64,000 nucleotides of DNA from Raillietiella orientalis (taxonomy: Eukaryota): the NCBI GenBank assembly GCA_036172245.1, contig JAYWIR010000003.1, forward strand, positions 2,976,001 through 3,040,000. Direction: 5' to 3'. The notes under the pieces were generated by a model. It saw only the letters and a list, made by a program, of their open reading frames with translations, had not been told where the DNA came from and made no database searches. A program made the translations under genes and the position numbers. Below are positions 26,500 through 40,000 of the stretch, piece by piece (within the stretch, counting starts at the first letter, position 1; the number at the start of each line of letters is the position of its first letter).

Positions 26500-27960
26500 G
26501 CGCGTGCTCGTATTCGCGCCGTCGAGCTTCTCGTGGGCCGCGAGCGCTCCGGTCTTGGGGTCGGATGTAGCCTACGCCCTTTCTTCTCCCTGGGCGACCG
26601 TTTCCGAGAGTCCACTCCCTGGTGTCCACGCTCTGCGGAAATGTTCCGGTCGGCCGGTGGCGCCCACGCTGCTGACCAGGGCGCAGCGCGTGCACTTCGG
26701 GGGTGACCACTTCGCCTTGCTCGCTCGCTCGCTCGCTCGCTCGCTCCTTCGCAGCCCCATTGCAGCAAGCCCTAGCTCGGAGTGGCTCCTCCAATGCCTG
26801 GCTGCCCCGCTCGCGCCGCATCGTTCGCTTCCCATCCCTCCTGCCGTCAACCACCACCTGCGCGCTGGCTGTCCATTCGCTTTTCCTCTCGCGCTTTCCC
26901 GTTTTCGCTGGCGGCGATTCACGCGGCACCCGCCCACCCTTCCGCCGGCCTGCTTGCTGCTCGAACCGACCGTCTGCCCATTGCGTTCACGCGCGCCTCT
27001 GCCCCCCACCCGGTCTCCGCCGGTCCCTCGTGCGGCTTTTCCCAACTTCCCTCTGCCCAAACTGTGCTCGACGACGCGGGCACCTTAGTCCGCATCCTTC
27101 GCCGGTCGCTGTTCCTCGTCGGAGGTCCGGGAGCTGCGGGCACCGGGTTCGCACGCACCGGCTTCACGCGTCTTCTTGCTGCTGCTGCTGCTGTCCTGCA
27201 ACGCCGCGCAGGGCGCACTGCCGTCAGCTATCCGGCATAGCCGAGCCGACGCTCGTCGAGTTGCTTGCCATGCCTGCACGTGGCGTCTGCTGACCTCGGT
27301 CAGCCACCGGGACTGCTCCCGCTAGACGGCCGCGCAGGTGCCAACGCAAACAACCCGACCTGTGAGCGCGCGCGCGGGTGCGTTCGGCCGTCCGGATCGG
27401 CGCACCCCTTCGGAACTGACCCTTTTGCCGGAATTTCCCCCGGAAGTTCCGTCGGAAGACGACGAGGAGGGAAGTAAGCTCGCGGAGGAGGTGGGCGCAC
27501 GCGTCAATCCGGACGCCACGTGGTCAGGCTGAACGCGGTGGTCTTCTTGCGCCACGTCTTGCGTCTGCTGAGCCGGTTCCCCCACTGGCCGCTCCTCTGC
27601 CCCCTCCCTGACGCGCGAGCCCGTGGGCAGTGTGGGCGCGCACGGGGCAGGCGCGAGTTGCACGAGCCGGGAGAAGGCTGGGTTGGACGAGCCGGCGGCT
27701 GGAAGGTGGGCAGCAATGAACAGCCGCACCTCGTCGAAACAAACTAGTGAGCATGCGTCTTGATGTTCCAGGAGGAGGAAGCAGGAGGAAGAGCCCATCG
27801 GAATTCAAATAACGCATCAGACTTCCTTCGGCACCGCACCCTGAAGGAGGAGGAGGGGTTCGCCGTCAGAGCGAGGAACCGCTGTCGGTCCGCCCGGCCT
27901 GAGGAAGTGGATGGAAGCCGCTCTGGTTTGGACTGTTGCGATGCCGGTGGCAGAATAAAG
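26500..27960 (+). mobile_element. Probable decayed LINE 3' portion (mirror copy ~31850-33300 minus)
   Basis: Degenerate zf-RVT-like peptide (GSCGHRVRTHRLHASSCCC) and AATAAA near 27954. Heavily mutated. Confidence 0.35.
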
Positions 27961-28999
27961 GTTACGGCGGTGGCAAACGAAGCGTTGGTGCAGCCGTGGA
28001 CGGCGCTCAAACTGAAGGTTGCGAACGCTCCCGGGGTGCGGGCTGCACGAGGAGGGAAGAAGGGGGGAGGGGAGGCTGCAAGGCGGCGCTGCGCAACCGG
28101 TGTCGCTAGGCGGTGCGACCGACCACGCGCCTCAGGTGGACGGATGCTGGTCCTGGAAGGCGTTTCCGTTGCGTCACCCGAGGCGGGGGGTTTTCAGTCG
28201 GGGCGGCTGCCAATCGGGATGGGCCCATCGGGGCACGGGGAAGGCAGGAACGGGCTCTGCGAAAGGGTGCAGGCAGATGGTAGCCGGCGGAGGGCGTTGC
28301 CTGCCGACGAGCGCTCCGAACTCTTCGCGCTCCGCGAACGCTGGGTGCTGTTCGGGAAGAGTGCGCCTCGGGCGACGCGGCACGACGTCAGCCCGCCCCC
28401 GAGGCAGCTCGGAGAGGGACTTACTCCCCCCGCGTGCCCCCAAGAGAGGGAATGTCGAATGTCGTGGCCTCGTTGTACGCCGCCAGCTAGGGCCCCTCCG
28501 CCTCGTCGGTGCAGCGGGGCTTCGGCGCCGGAACGTGGCCACCGGTGAGCGTGCATGGTCTCCAAGGAACGGTGGGTTGGTGCGTGCACGCGCGTACGTG
28601 GCTTTTCGGGCGTGTTGCAGGCGGCAGCGGGCGTCGCTTCGACCGCCCGGCGACCGCACCTTTGCTCGGAAGAGCGTTCTTACCCAACCTTCCGCGGTTT
28701 CCCTCCCGATGCTCGGGCTTGGCACTGGTTTTTGCAAACGTGCGAGAGTGTGGATGTGGCTGTCTTTGCACTAGTGTTCTCTTTTGAACCTCCCTTGTTT
28801 CCGTTTTCCAGAATCTTCGACGACTTTGTTTCTTAATGGTGATGACAGGCCGTTTGTTTTATAGTTTGCGTATTTATTTTCTTCTTTCAAGGGCACTGAG
28901 AAGGTCGCTCTTGCTGCTATTCTCTTCCGATAGTGCAAGTTGTGCTGCTGGTACGGAAGAGCTGCATTGCAATGCGAGAGCGGACATGGGTTTCAAGAA

Positions 29000-29800
29000 A
29001 TCCGTTGACCCGGTGACCATGCACCTTTGCTCGAGCAAATGCGAGAGTCCTCAGGCGTTTGAAGCCAGGTTTCGCGTGTTCGCTCTGTGCGGGTTGACCG
29101 GACGCTGGTCACGCGCCTCGGCAAGGAGCGGAGCTGCTGATTGGGAAACTCAAGAGCCTTCTTCATCCGTAGACCTCGAGCCACTACCGGGAAAGCGTTC
29201 ACCGACGGCTGCGGAAGCTGCATCGCGCGCTTCCGACGGACCTCGTGAACCGGGGGGTTCCCTATGGTTTCGAACTCCGTAGCTTTTCTGCAAGCAGCTG
29301 GAGGACCCTCGTTCCAGCAGGCAGGGACTCACCGAATTTACCCTCGAGCTACGACTCCTCGGTTTCCCCGTTTAATCTCGTCCAGTCTCCACGCCGAAGG
29401 GATCGCCGCTTCACTTCTGTCCTTAGTCACATCCAGAAAGACTTGCAGGGAGGTCCGCACCGCTTCAGAGCCCGTCGTGATCCCAGTCTTTTCGTGAGAC
29501 ACCTCCAAAAACAAATGCAGGTGCTCTGGAATTGCTCCCTGAAACTTTGTACGCCTCCCGGATTTCATCCTCCTCACATACCACAGGTGCAGTAGGTGAC
29601 CCGTTTATTGCTAATTCCTGGCAACCGAAGGGTCTCGGCGAGAGGAAAGACGCAAATATATCTGTTCCCCAGTGTTCTCCAGAGAGGTTGTGCTCGCCCG
29701 CGGCCGGCTGTGCCGAGCCTGATCAGAGGACCTCAGCAGCAGCATTTCGGTGGGTTCCTCTCAGTCGATCCCACGCAAACAACCTCCGGTCGTCTTCATC
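29000..29800 (-). mobile_element. Decayed L1/Tx1-like RT N-terminal fragment in the palindrome 2 spacer
   Basis: KFQGAIPEHLHLFLEV...LQVFLDVT...AAIPSAWRLDEI resembles the K.PG.DG.P.EFY...LP.SWR...I segment of LINE RT. Confidence 0.45.
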
Positions 29801-30290
29801 ATAGCTGCGAAGTTGGTGCTAGCGGCGCGCCCTCTTTCGATCTTCGGCTCGCAAATTCGTTCCCATTACGCACCGCCCCCGCGCTCTCTGCCTGCGGACG
29901 GCAGCTTCCGCCTGCCCCTCACATCCAGTGCGCCGAGCACGAGCGGCGCGTGCCTCCTTTGACGTGTCGCGCAAAGCAGGAAGGGAGGTCAGCCACCTGA
30001 GCAAGCAGCAGAAAGCAGGAGCCTTGGTCGGCTCTGGGAACCTACCTCCCCCCCCCCCTCTCCCAACAGGCGTCGCGCGCTGCTCAAGCAGAGAGGGGGC
30101 AACCGTGCCAACCCGAAGGCGAACCGAGAGTCACGACCTCTGACACATCGCCACGTCGCAAGCTCCTCACGGGCACGTGGAAGTTTGCAAGAACGCCCCC
30201 CCCCCCAACTTTCCGGCTCTCAATAAGGAAACCAAAAGGAGCAGAACGGATAGCGGCGGCATGCTTTCCTCTTTCGTGAACGGCGCAGAG

Positions 30291-31042
30291 TCAGCCAAGC
30301 AGCCGAAATCGAGACCGAAAATCAAAACCAAGACGTTCCCACAGGCACAGAAGCACCTCCGTGTCGCCCAAAGCATGAAAAACATCTCCAACAGCATGAA
30401 GGCTATCGACTACATCAGCTGTTGTTGGCTTTCCCTTGCGACTCTTCATCCTCGCGAGGCCTGCATCTGCCGAAATAAACAGTGACAGTACTGTACTATA
30501 GTTGCTGTACGTGTACAAATCCATCAACTTTTCACACAGTCCGTACGATCAAACACGTTATCATGAAGGCATGCACAACAGAGCACACTCTTTCCATCAC
30601 TTCACATCAACAGACTTTGCTTTTGCAAATCGCCAAAATCCTCTGTGGTCTTCCTCGACACGAAATCATCCCTCCATTATGCTTTATTTCATCAGTCTTT
30701 TACCAGAAAATGGTAAAGGCGTAGAATGGGGAGAGGGGTGGACGAGGAGCAGCAACAGGGAAAGAGCTGCCTTCTTCGCCTAACTGCAAACATACCTTTA
30801 AGGCGCTTGAAGCGAAAAGGAAACAAGCAGAATCGTCATTTACCCAGAAATGCCGAGCGTGCTGCAGCATCCGAGAAGAAACCGATCAGTACGCGACCGA
30901 ACTTGAACTCAGACGGGTCAAATTCTCGAATTATCTGTTCATACCATTCTCGTGTGTCGGCAGCCGCCTTGGGGAGTATTGGGCTATTTCGCAGCCACGT
31001 TTTCCGACGACGACGAAACGAATCCCTGCATAGTGGTAACAT
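30291..31042 (-). pseudogene. Diverged unprocessed CCDC32 duplicate (exons 31042-30844 and 30466-30291); could still encode a ~124-aa chimeric protein
   Basis: FSDAAARSAFL|DAGLARMKSRKGKPTTADVVDSL aligns to parental LSDSAEYLAVL|DARLARIKRRKENPTTVDVVDAF. Same phase-1 GT-AG intron, and the intron sequence aligns to 59657-60032. Confidence 0.75.
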
Positions 31043-31097
31043 CGCTTCCGGAGTCCACGCTCCGCTTTGCCCCCGTCGGCAGCAAAACCTCAGAATG

Positions 31098-34000
31098 GGG
31101 AGGGAAACCGCGGAAGGTTGGGTGAGAAGAACGCTCTTCCGAGCAAAGGTGCGGTCGCCGGGCGGTCGAAGCGACGCCCGCTGCCGCCTGCAACACGCCC
31201 GAAAAGCCACGTACGCGCGTGCACGCACCAACCCACCGTTCCTTGGAGACCATGCACGCTCACCGGTGGCCACGTTCCGGCGCCGAAGCCCCGCTGCACC
31301 GACGAGGCGGAGGGGCCCTAGCTGGCGGCGTACAACGAGGCCACGACATTCGACATTCCCTCTCTTGGGGGCACGCGGGGGGAGTAAGTCCCTCTCCGAG
31401 CTGCCTCGGGGGCGGGCTGACGTCGTGCCGCGTCGCCCGAGGCGCACTCTTCCCGAACAGCACCCAGCGTTCGCGGAGCGCGAAGAGTTCGGAGCGCTCG
31501 TCGGCAGGCAACGCCCTCCGCCGGCTCCCATCTGCCTGCACCCTTTCGCAGAGCCCGTTCCTGCCTTCCCCGTGCCCCGATGGGCCCATCCCGATTGGCA
31601 GCCGCCCCGACTGAAAACCCCCCGCCTCGGGTGACGCAACGGAAACGCCTTCCAGGACCAGCATCCGTCCACCTGAGGCGCGTGGTCGGTCGCACCGCCT
31701 AGCGACACCGGTTGCGCAGCGCCGCCTTGCAGCCTCCCCTCCCCCCTTCTTCCCTCCTCGTGCAGCCCGCACCCCGGGAGCGTTCGCAACCTTCAGTTTG
31801 AGCGCCGTCCACGGCTGCACCAACGCTTCGTTTGCCACCGCCGTAACCTTTATTCTGCCACCGGCATCGCAACAGTCCAAACCAGAGCGGCTTCCATCCA
31901 CTTCCTCAGGCCGGGCGGACCGACAGCGGTTCCTCGCTCTGACGGCGAACCCCTCCTCCTCCTTCAGGGTGCGGTGCCGAAGGAAGTCTGATGCGTTATT
32001 TGAATTCCGATGGGCTCTTCCTCCTGCTTCCTCCTCCTGGAACATCAAGACGCATGCTCACTAGTTTGTTTCGACGAGGTGCGGCTGTTCATTGCTGCCC
32101 ACCTTCCAGCCGCCGGCTCGTCCAACCCACCCTTCTCCCGGCTCGTGCAACTCGCGCCTGCCCCGTGCGCGCCCACACTGCCCACGGGCTCGCGCGTCAG
32201 GGAGGGGGCAGAGGAGCGGCCAGTGGGGGAACCGGCTCAGCAGACGCAAGACGTGGCGCAAGAAGACCACCGCGTTCAGCCTGACCACGTGGCGTCCGGA
32301 TTGACGCGTGCGCCCACCTCCTCCGCGAGCTTACTTCCCTCCTCGTCGTCTTCCGACGGAACTTCCGGGGGAAATTCCGGCAAAAGGGTCAGTTCCGAAG
32401 GGGTGCGCCGATCCGGACGGCCGAACGCACCCGCGCGCGCGCTCACAGGTCGGGTTGTTTGCGTTGGCACCTGCGCGGCCGTCTAGCGGGAGCAGTCCCG
32501 GTGGCTGACCGAGGTCAGCAGACGCCACGTGCAGGCATGGCAAGCAACTCGACGAGCGTCGGCTCGGCTATGCCGGATAGCTGACGGCAGTGCGCCCTGC
32601 GCGGCGTTGCAGGACAGCAGCAGCAGCAGCAAGAAGACGCGTGAAGCCGGTGCGTGCGAACCCGGTGCCCGCAGCTCCCGGACCTCCGACGAGGAACAGC
32701 GACCGGCGAAGGATGCGGACTAAGGTGCCCGCGTCGTCGAGCACAGTTTGGGCAGAGGGAAGTTGGGAAAAGCCGCACGAGGGACCGGCGGAGACCGGGT
32801 GGGGGGCAGAGGCGCGCGTGAACGCAATGGGCAGACGGTCGGTTCGAGCAGCAAGCAGGCCGGCGGAAGGGTGGGCGGGTGCCGCGTGAATCGCCGCCAG
32901 CGAAAACGGGAAAGCGCGAGGGGAAAAGCGAATGGACAGCCAGCGCGCAGGTGGTGGTTGACGGCAGGAGGGATGGGAAGCGAACGATGCGGCGCGAGCG
33001 GGGCAGCCAGGCATTGGAGGAGCCACTCCGAGCTAGGGCTTGCTGCAATGGGGCTGCGAAGGAGCGAGCGAGCGAGCGAGCGAGCGAGCAAGGCGAAGTG
33101 GTCACCCCCGAAGTGCACGCGCTGCGCCCTGGTCAGCAGCGTGGGCGCCACCGGCCGACCGGAACATTTCCGCAGAGCGTGGACACCAGGGAGTGGACTC
33201 TCGGAAACGGTTGCCCAGGGAGAAGAAAGGGCGTAAGCTACGTCCGACCCCAAGACCGGGGCGCTCGCGGCCCACGAGAAGCTCGACGGCGCGAATGCGA
33301 GCGCGCGCGGAAGTCGTCCGACGCCGCGCATGGCGACGCGGGATCTCCTCTTGGGCGGTCGATCGGTCTTTGCAGATAGCGTCCACCAACCATCTTTCCC
33401 CAGGAAGATCATCTCTAAGAAGCGGACGCTACTAGGCCTGAAGAGACTCGCTGGGTCGGGGCCCCCTTCAAGGCAGCAGCATGCATCCCTGCGGCCTGGC
33501 CAGCCGACTCGCACCCGGGTGAGGACTCTCTAACTCATCTCTTGCCGCCGTTTCAGGTCCCTCTTTCCACCACCATCATCTCTGGCGAAGACGAACAGCT
33601 CCCACCGCGTTTAGGCATCGCTTTCGGGAGCGACGACAGTCGACTGTTTACAGTGGCCGCCGCAGCAGAATCAGCGGCGTGTCCGCTTCCAGGCAGCCAG
33701 CATCCGGATCTTGGCAATGTCGCGAATTCGCCCCTCCGCTGGTCTCGGCGTTTCCGAGGCCGTCTCGCCCCGCATCTTACTCCCCTCCCATCTTACTCTC
33801 CTCTTTCCGGAAGACGCCGCGGTCTCAGGCTGGCAATGAGGCAGCTCCGTCGGATAGGCCCACCTGCCTACGTCTTTTCATCCCTGCCCGCCAACAATGC
33901 CTCCATCACGCAGCTCTGCCATTCGCGGAAGCGGAAGAGCGGCTGGAAACCTCCCCACGCATCTCCTCCCCCAGACAGCAACGCTCCAGGTTGAGTCCGT

Positions 34001-37000
34001 GCTGCTCTCCGGCTTCGACCACCAACTTGGCCGCCTTCGGCCTAGCCACCAATCACCTCCACCACGATGTCCACCTTCCCTTGCCCCTTCTCCACGTCCA
34101 CTCCCTGTTCCCTTCTCCCCCTCAACGTCTCTTTCTCTGCGGCGGAATCCGGTAGGACGTCCCCTTCCCCCTCGTTCCCTTGCCTCAGCCACCTCGTAGG
34201 ATTGGGCGGCCGCTGCTGTCCCTGCACACGCCCCGCCTTCCCGACGTACCTGCAGCACCCCTCCAGGTACCGGAAGGATCCGCTGCCTGCCAACAGCTGC
34301 TCCCCGTCTTCCAGGGTGGCCGGGAGCGGCTTGTTCAGGGTCTCGGGCAGCAGCGTGCTCAGCACCGATCCCAAGATGGTCATCGAGCCCAGCACGGCGC
34401 TAGGGAGATGGCTGGAGTAGTTTTTCTGATCATACGGGTCAGCTGGCTGTTCCGAGGAAAAAGCCACTTCCGGGGAGGAACGAGGATGCTGCCGTCGGCG
34501 CCGCCCCTGACGGTGACCCCCCGTCGCCATCGGCTTGTCTGACCGACGCGCTGGGGGCGACACCGGAGCGGCGACGGCGGCCTCAGCCGCTCCCCAGCAG
34601 GCAGGCAACAACACCGACGTACCAGGTAGATGATGAAGGGAGACGAGAAGCTGCAGAGATGACCGACAACGCTCGTGAGGCCCATCGCCTGCGAGCGGAC
34701 CACAGTGGGGAACATCTCCGGCTGGATCTGCATGAGCACGTTGTAGCTCACGTTGAGAAATAACCGAGAGGTCAGTGACGCGGATGCGAACGCCAGGTAC
34801 ATGGCTACGAGGAGGAGAGAAATAGCATCGCTGTGGCGCTCCTTTCGCCGCACCTCCCTCGCGGCCCGCGCGGTACCGATCTGCTCGGAAGTGCGCCGCG
34901 GGGCGCAGGCAAGCAGGCAGGAAGGCAGGCTAGGTGCGGCGGTGATGGAGGGGTAGTAAGGGCAAGGGTAGGCGTGCGGGAAGGAGGACCGGTGTCATTG
35001 GTGGCCGTGGTCAGGTGCAGCTGCTGCGCGCACCCGCGCGAGCTGCTTGCCTCCAAACTCACCGGAAGGGACGCCTGCCGCCAGCAGTCCGCTCAGGCCT
35101 CCCAGGAAGAGGAACATCACGATGCAAGGCCTCCTGCCGAGAGAGTTCTCCAGGTACAGCGCCACCAGAGCGCTGGGCACCTCCGTCACGGAGGCGATCG
35201 TGAACGAGACGTACGGATCGATCCCCAGGTTACCCGTGTTGCGCGCGTGACCCTCAAACGCCGTGCACTGCAGGCTCCTGGAAACGGCTCCCATGAAAAC
35301 CGCTACCGTCACCCAGCAACTACGCGGCCGAACGGGCGTGCGGCGGTGGAGCACCCTGGTGAGCCCGCGTTCACCGCGGTGTCTGCGGGGGTACGCCCCC
35401 CCCCACGCAGACACAAAACGCGTTTGCTGGCATCCCTTCCCTTCCTTGCGAGCCTGCTCTTCCTGCGTTGACCACCCATCCACCCAGCCTTCTCCTTGGC
35501 AGAGATTCTTCTTCTGTCTGCCACTCGAAGGAGAAGGCGCTCCTTTCCTTCGACGGAGCGCATTCTCCTCGCAGCAGGGAGACCGTCTTCACCACCGCGC
35601 GCGACCATGAACCCCGACGCTTCTTCGCCGAAGACTTCATCACCACCGGCCGGGCACCTTTTCGCGTGGAGGGAAATGGGTAACCGGGACGGTCTCTCTT
35701 GGTGCTGCGTCTTCAAACCTGAGCGTGATGGCAGCTGCAGAAACAAGAAGAAGCGGCCAGCAGACGAACGCACGCGTCCAGGCAGTCCCGTCGACGGGAA
35801 AAAGAAAAACGAGCGTGGTGGCTGTCGGACGCGAGCGCACCCGTTGGTTCGGCAGCAGGGCGGGCGAAGGGCTGCCGTCTTCTTGAGCGACCACCGCCAC
35901 CGCAAAGACCACAGCACCAACAACACTCGCACCCGTTCGACGGTGGCCCCAGTGTGCTCGTTTCTTGTGCGCACAGGGCACCACTTGCCTGCGCCGTCTG
36001 CCCGCAGAAAGCGGTGAGCCGCCCACGTGGGAGGGACAGCAAGCAGACGACCAGCCCCCCGTCGTCCCCGTCGGCGCGTTGCCGGCCGAGCGAGCGGCAA
36101 AGGCACCTCTTCGCTGCCTCCACGCCCCCGGACGGCCCCGCCACGCGCCACGGCAAGCTTCAAACTTTTTCTTCGGCCGCATGTGTAGGGCCGATGGCCC
36201 TACGCATGCGCCTTTGCGAAAGGAAACGGTCCGGGTGGAAACCACGCGCTTGTCTGCTCTTGACTGCCACTCACCAGATGATGCACACCAAAATGACCTG
36301 GAACCTGAGGCCAGGCTTGCGGAAGAGGTCGTGCCAGCTGTAATTCACCTTCGAGTTGCTGTCGTCCTTCTCGAGGTAATTCTGAGGTGGGAAGCGGCCG
36401 CTCACCACCACGCTGCCACCAGAGCGATCACTCACGCGTATCTGCTGCTGAAGCTTCTCGTCCAGAGCTCGACCGTTGGTCACGGCAATCCGCTTCAGAG
36501 TCGCCAGCGGCAAGTCCACTTTCTTCTTGCAGATGAGCCACCTGCACGATTCCGGAACGAAGATCGGGGCGAAGACTACCGCCAGGAAGGGAACGTGGAA
36601 GAATAGGGTGAAGTGCCTCCAGTTGCCGAGAGCGTAGGCTGCCCACGGCATGACCAGGCAGCCTAGCGTGAACCCGAGCAATATCGGCAGTATTACCACC
36701 ATCGGTCTCTTGGAGATGTGCACGTATTCCAGCACTACAGAGGGGCGCAAAGCTGCATTCACAGGCTGACGAGAGCGGTCCCCATCCTCGCGTTCGCTCA
36801 CCATCCCAACCTGGACCGACGGTTCGCACGACGAGCTTGCCGATTCGCGGCCTTCCCCTCCCTCCCTGCTCTGCAGCGTCCTCCCGCTGCCGGACCGCGC
36901 TCCTCCCTTCTAGCGCCGTGCAGAGCGAACGGCAATCCCGAGAATCGCCGTTCTGCCCGGGCCAATGCCACCGCCCGGGCGGGCTTTGCCGAGGGTCGCG

Positions 37001-40000
37001 CTCGCACAAGCCCAACTCTCTTTTCTTTTCTCGCGCTGCGAGGGGAAAGCGGCAGCATGACCGCCAGCATCGGCTCGCTTGCCCGGGCGAGCTGCAGCGC
37101 TCGAGGCGCACGGCAGCGTGGGGGGTCCACGCGTCGCCTACCAGCGCAGGTCGCTCTTCCTTCCTTCCTACCTGCGCACGGTTCTGCGCAGCGAGGCACG
37201 CGCATTCCCGAAACGGCCGACGATCGCGCGCAGCACGCCACGCTCTGTCGCTCGGGCGAGCAGCGCGTGCGCACCCCCCTGGCGTCCAGCACGCTTCTCG
37301 GTCCAGCACAGCACCGCACCGCATGCGTGCCTTCTGCATCCCCCGCTTTCCGAGCGACCTGTGCGCAGCCGTCCTCCAGACTGGCCGTCAACAGCAGCCA
37401 AACGAGGAAGACGTGCCGGAGCAGGAGCAGCTAACTGACCGAAACCATCTGACCTTCGGCCGTCCACCTTTTGTCGAGCCCGTCTTCTGCTCCAACAAAC
37501 GCCACCTGACCGTGCCGGCGTGCGAGAGCGCGGGGTGGCTGTTTTTGACCACGAACCACGAAACACTCGTGTTGTTGGAACGTGGTCTGTTTGTGGTCGC
37601 ACGGAGGAGGTTGCTGCTCAGAGCAACCTCCTCCACCTCCTCCACGTTTGGGAAAACTTGACCTCCGAGGGGACGCGCGCTTTCCTGCCGGCGGCCACAG
37701 TGACGTCCTCGTGGCTGAAAGCCATCTGCCGGTGCACGCAGCAGACCGCTCCAACGGATCAGCAGCCTCCCAGCATGCGGAGTGCAGAGAACGCCTGAGC
37801 TGGATGTGCAGAAAAGGCTGCAGCAGAGAGAGCCGCGTCCGTAGCCCGCGGCAAGAACGAAGGCGCTCCTCCACAGACCGAGCGCACTGCCTCGCTCGGC
37901 ACGCGAGAGGTCGAGCAGGCAACCGCGTTCGCGGTGAGCGCGCGCTGCGTGGTTTCGAAGCAACCAGCTTGCCGAGGGGCCACTCATCACAGGTCGGTGC
38001 ACACTTGCACGCACACGCTCTTTTCAAGCTGACTCACCCAGCACCATCAGGGAGGAACACTGGAGCGTAAACGCTGTTCCGACGAGCACGCGGAAGAGGG
38101 TGAAGCTGATAAAGTTGGTCGAAAAAGCAGTTGCGGTGCCGAAGACTCCGGTCACCAAGTTGGTGGCGACGAAAGCCGTTCTCCGTCCGTAGTGGTCGGA
38201 TACAAAACTGAAGATCAACGTCCCTATGACAGATCCGACGAAGAATAGGCCTTGGGCCATGCTGGCTTTCCAGTCGTCGTCGCACACCCAGTGCAGCTTC
38301 GTGGTTGCCGGCGGACACGACCAGGCCAACGGGCAGTGCGGTGCGAAGAAGGGACGCAAAGGGGACCACCGCATGAGCGTGTGCGGGCGACTGCGGCGAA
38401 CAGCTTACCTCCGTGAGCACGGTCGGGTAGAAGTTGGTGAAGTTGTACTCCCAGCCAAACGAGCATTTCGTCGTCTTCATGCCGCTGTGGTCGATGGTGT
38501 TGTTGATGACGGCGGTGTGCTCCCATCGTACATCGTACATCCGGCACTTGTCGTAGTGCGCGTCGGACGGGCTGCAGCACAGGAAGAGATGAGGAGCGGA
38601 CGGGGGGCTGCCTACTGCGAACGGGCCTCTTGTCCTGCCGTGGGAAGCAGAGGAATGGACAGGTGTTTCCTCACTTCAGCGCTGTAGTTTTTCAGGGCCG
38701 GAACGTGACACCAATAGTAATCCGGTTCCAACACCATGAAGAGCTGAAAGCACTCGTGGTTACGGTGGAGCGTCGCCCACGGGCTTGCAAGCTGCGATCG
38801 CCAAAGCGGCCGACCTTGCGCGCTGCTGCCGGTCGCCGCGGCCCGCGACTCCGAGAAAGAGGTCGCGCCGAAAGCGCCTGCGTGGGGCGGCCGTCGGATG
38901 GCTTCTGCGAGCGCACTCCATCCAGCACGCCGCCCCTTTCACCCCAACCCTTCGAAAGAGAGTGGGGAGCAGCCCGCGATGCGGTCCAGGCGGTGCTGAC
39001 GAGCGCACGCGCGCCTCGAGAAATGCGGACGGCTTGCACTGTGTGTGTGTGTGGGGGGGGGTCCTCGGTGTCGCTGCAAGTCCTCAGCGGTCAAATCTCG
39101 CAACACGGAGACATGGCAAACGACTTCTTCGCCTCTTCCGAGAGAAATTGGGGTGTCGTCTTGTGAAGAGAAGGCAGTGAAGAGCACTGTGAGTGGATGG
39201 GCTGAGGGAGATGAATAGTTCTTAGGCTTGCTCTGTTCTTCCACATGGAGTTCCTTGCACAGGTGGCGACAGTCGTTTATTTCCCGTAGGTACCGTCGTT
39301 TGTGTATGTGTAATGTCATCCTGCTTGAGTGTTTCATGTGGCGGAGATGGCGGAGGTCGTGGGTGCACAGGCTGGGAAGCAGGCTTGGTGTTCCGTTTCT
39401 GGGAGAGGTCCAAGGCCTCGGTGGAGGACGAAGCACTCTTTTTCCCACCCAACGGCACTTTGTGATCCCCCGAGAGCTGTAAATGCGGATGCAGCCACCA
39501 GCTGCCGCCGCCAGGTCGGAGAGAATGGGGGAGGGGGGGAGAGAAAGCTTTGGATCGCTGATTGCATTCAGTAGAAATCGTAGGAAAGGGGCATCGAGGA
39601 ATGCCAAGCACGTAGCACCCCGCGCAGGCCATGGTGATGGGAAAACAATTTAAGGACGCTCTTCCGCTGCTGAATAGGTTAGTTGGTAGGTTGCAACCAG
39701 AAACTCCTCCATTCTTACGGACTAGAGTAACAGGAAACTTAATCTAGGAAAAGCTCTGAGCCTTTCGTGGTGGGCTTCTCGCAAGGTTGGCAAGCAGCGA
39801 AGGTACACTGGAGGATACCGAGATGCCTTTAGCAACCGAGGGAGGATGTGAGCAGCTACGAAATCAAGGAGATCCTCAGCGAGCGGCGAGACGCGACGGA
39901 AACAGCAGAAAAGTTGCTGCACCCCCAACGATGCCTTGGAAGGTGGAAGATGCAAGGAGGAGTAAGCGCGGAAGCAGAAGGATCCAGGTGCAGAAGAGTA

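Larger units (their letters stand above)
15299..28707 (+). repeat. Palindrome 2, left arm (~13.4 kb); overlaps the palindrome 1 right arm over 15299-16659
   Basis: Dozens of mirror ORF pairs (e.g. 17656..18450 minus / 41681..42475 plus; 23221..23754 plus / 36271..36804 minus; 27760..28548 plus / 31260..32048 minus). Confidence 0.98.
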
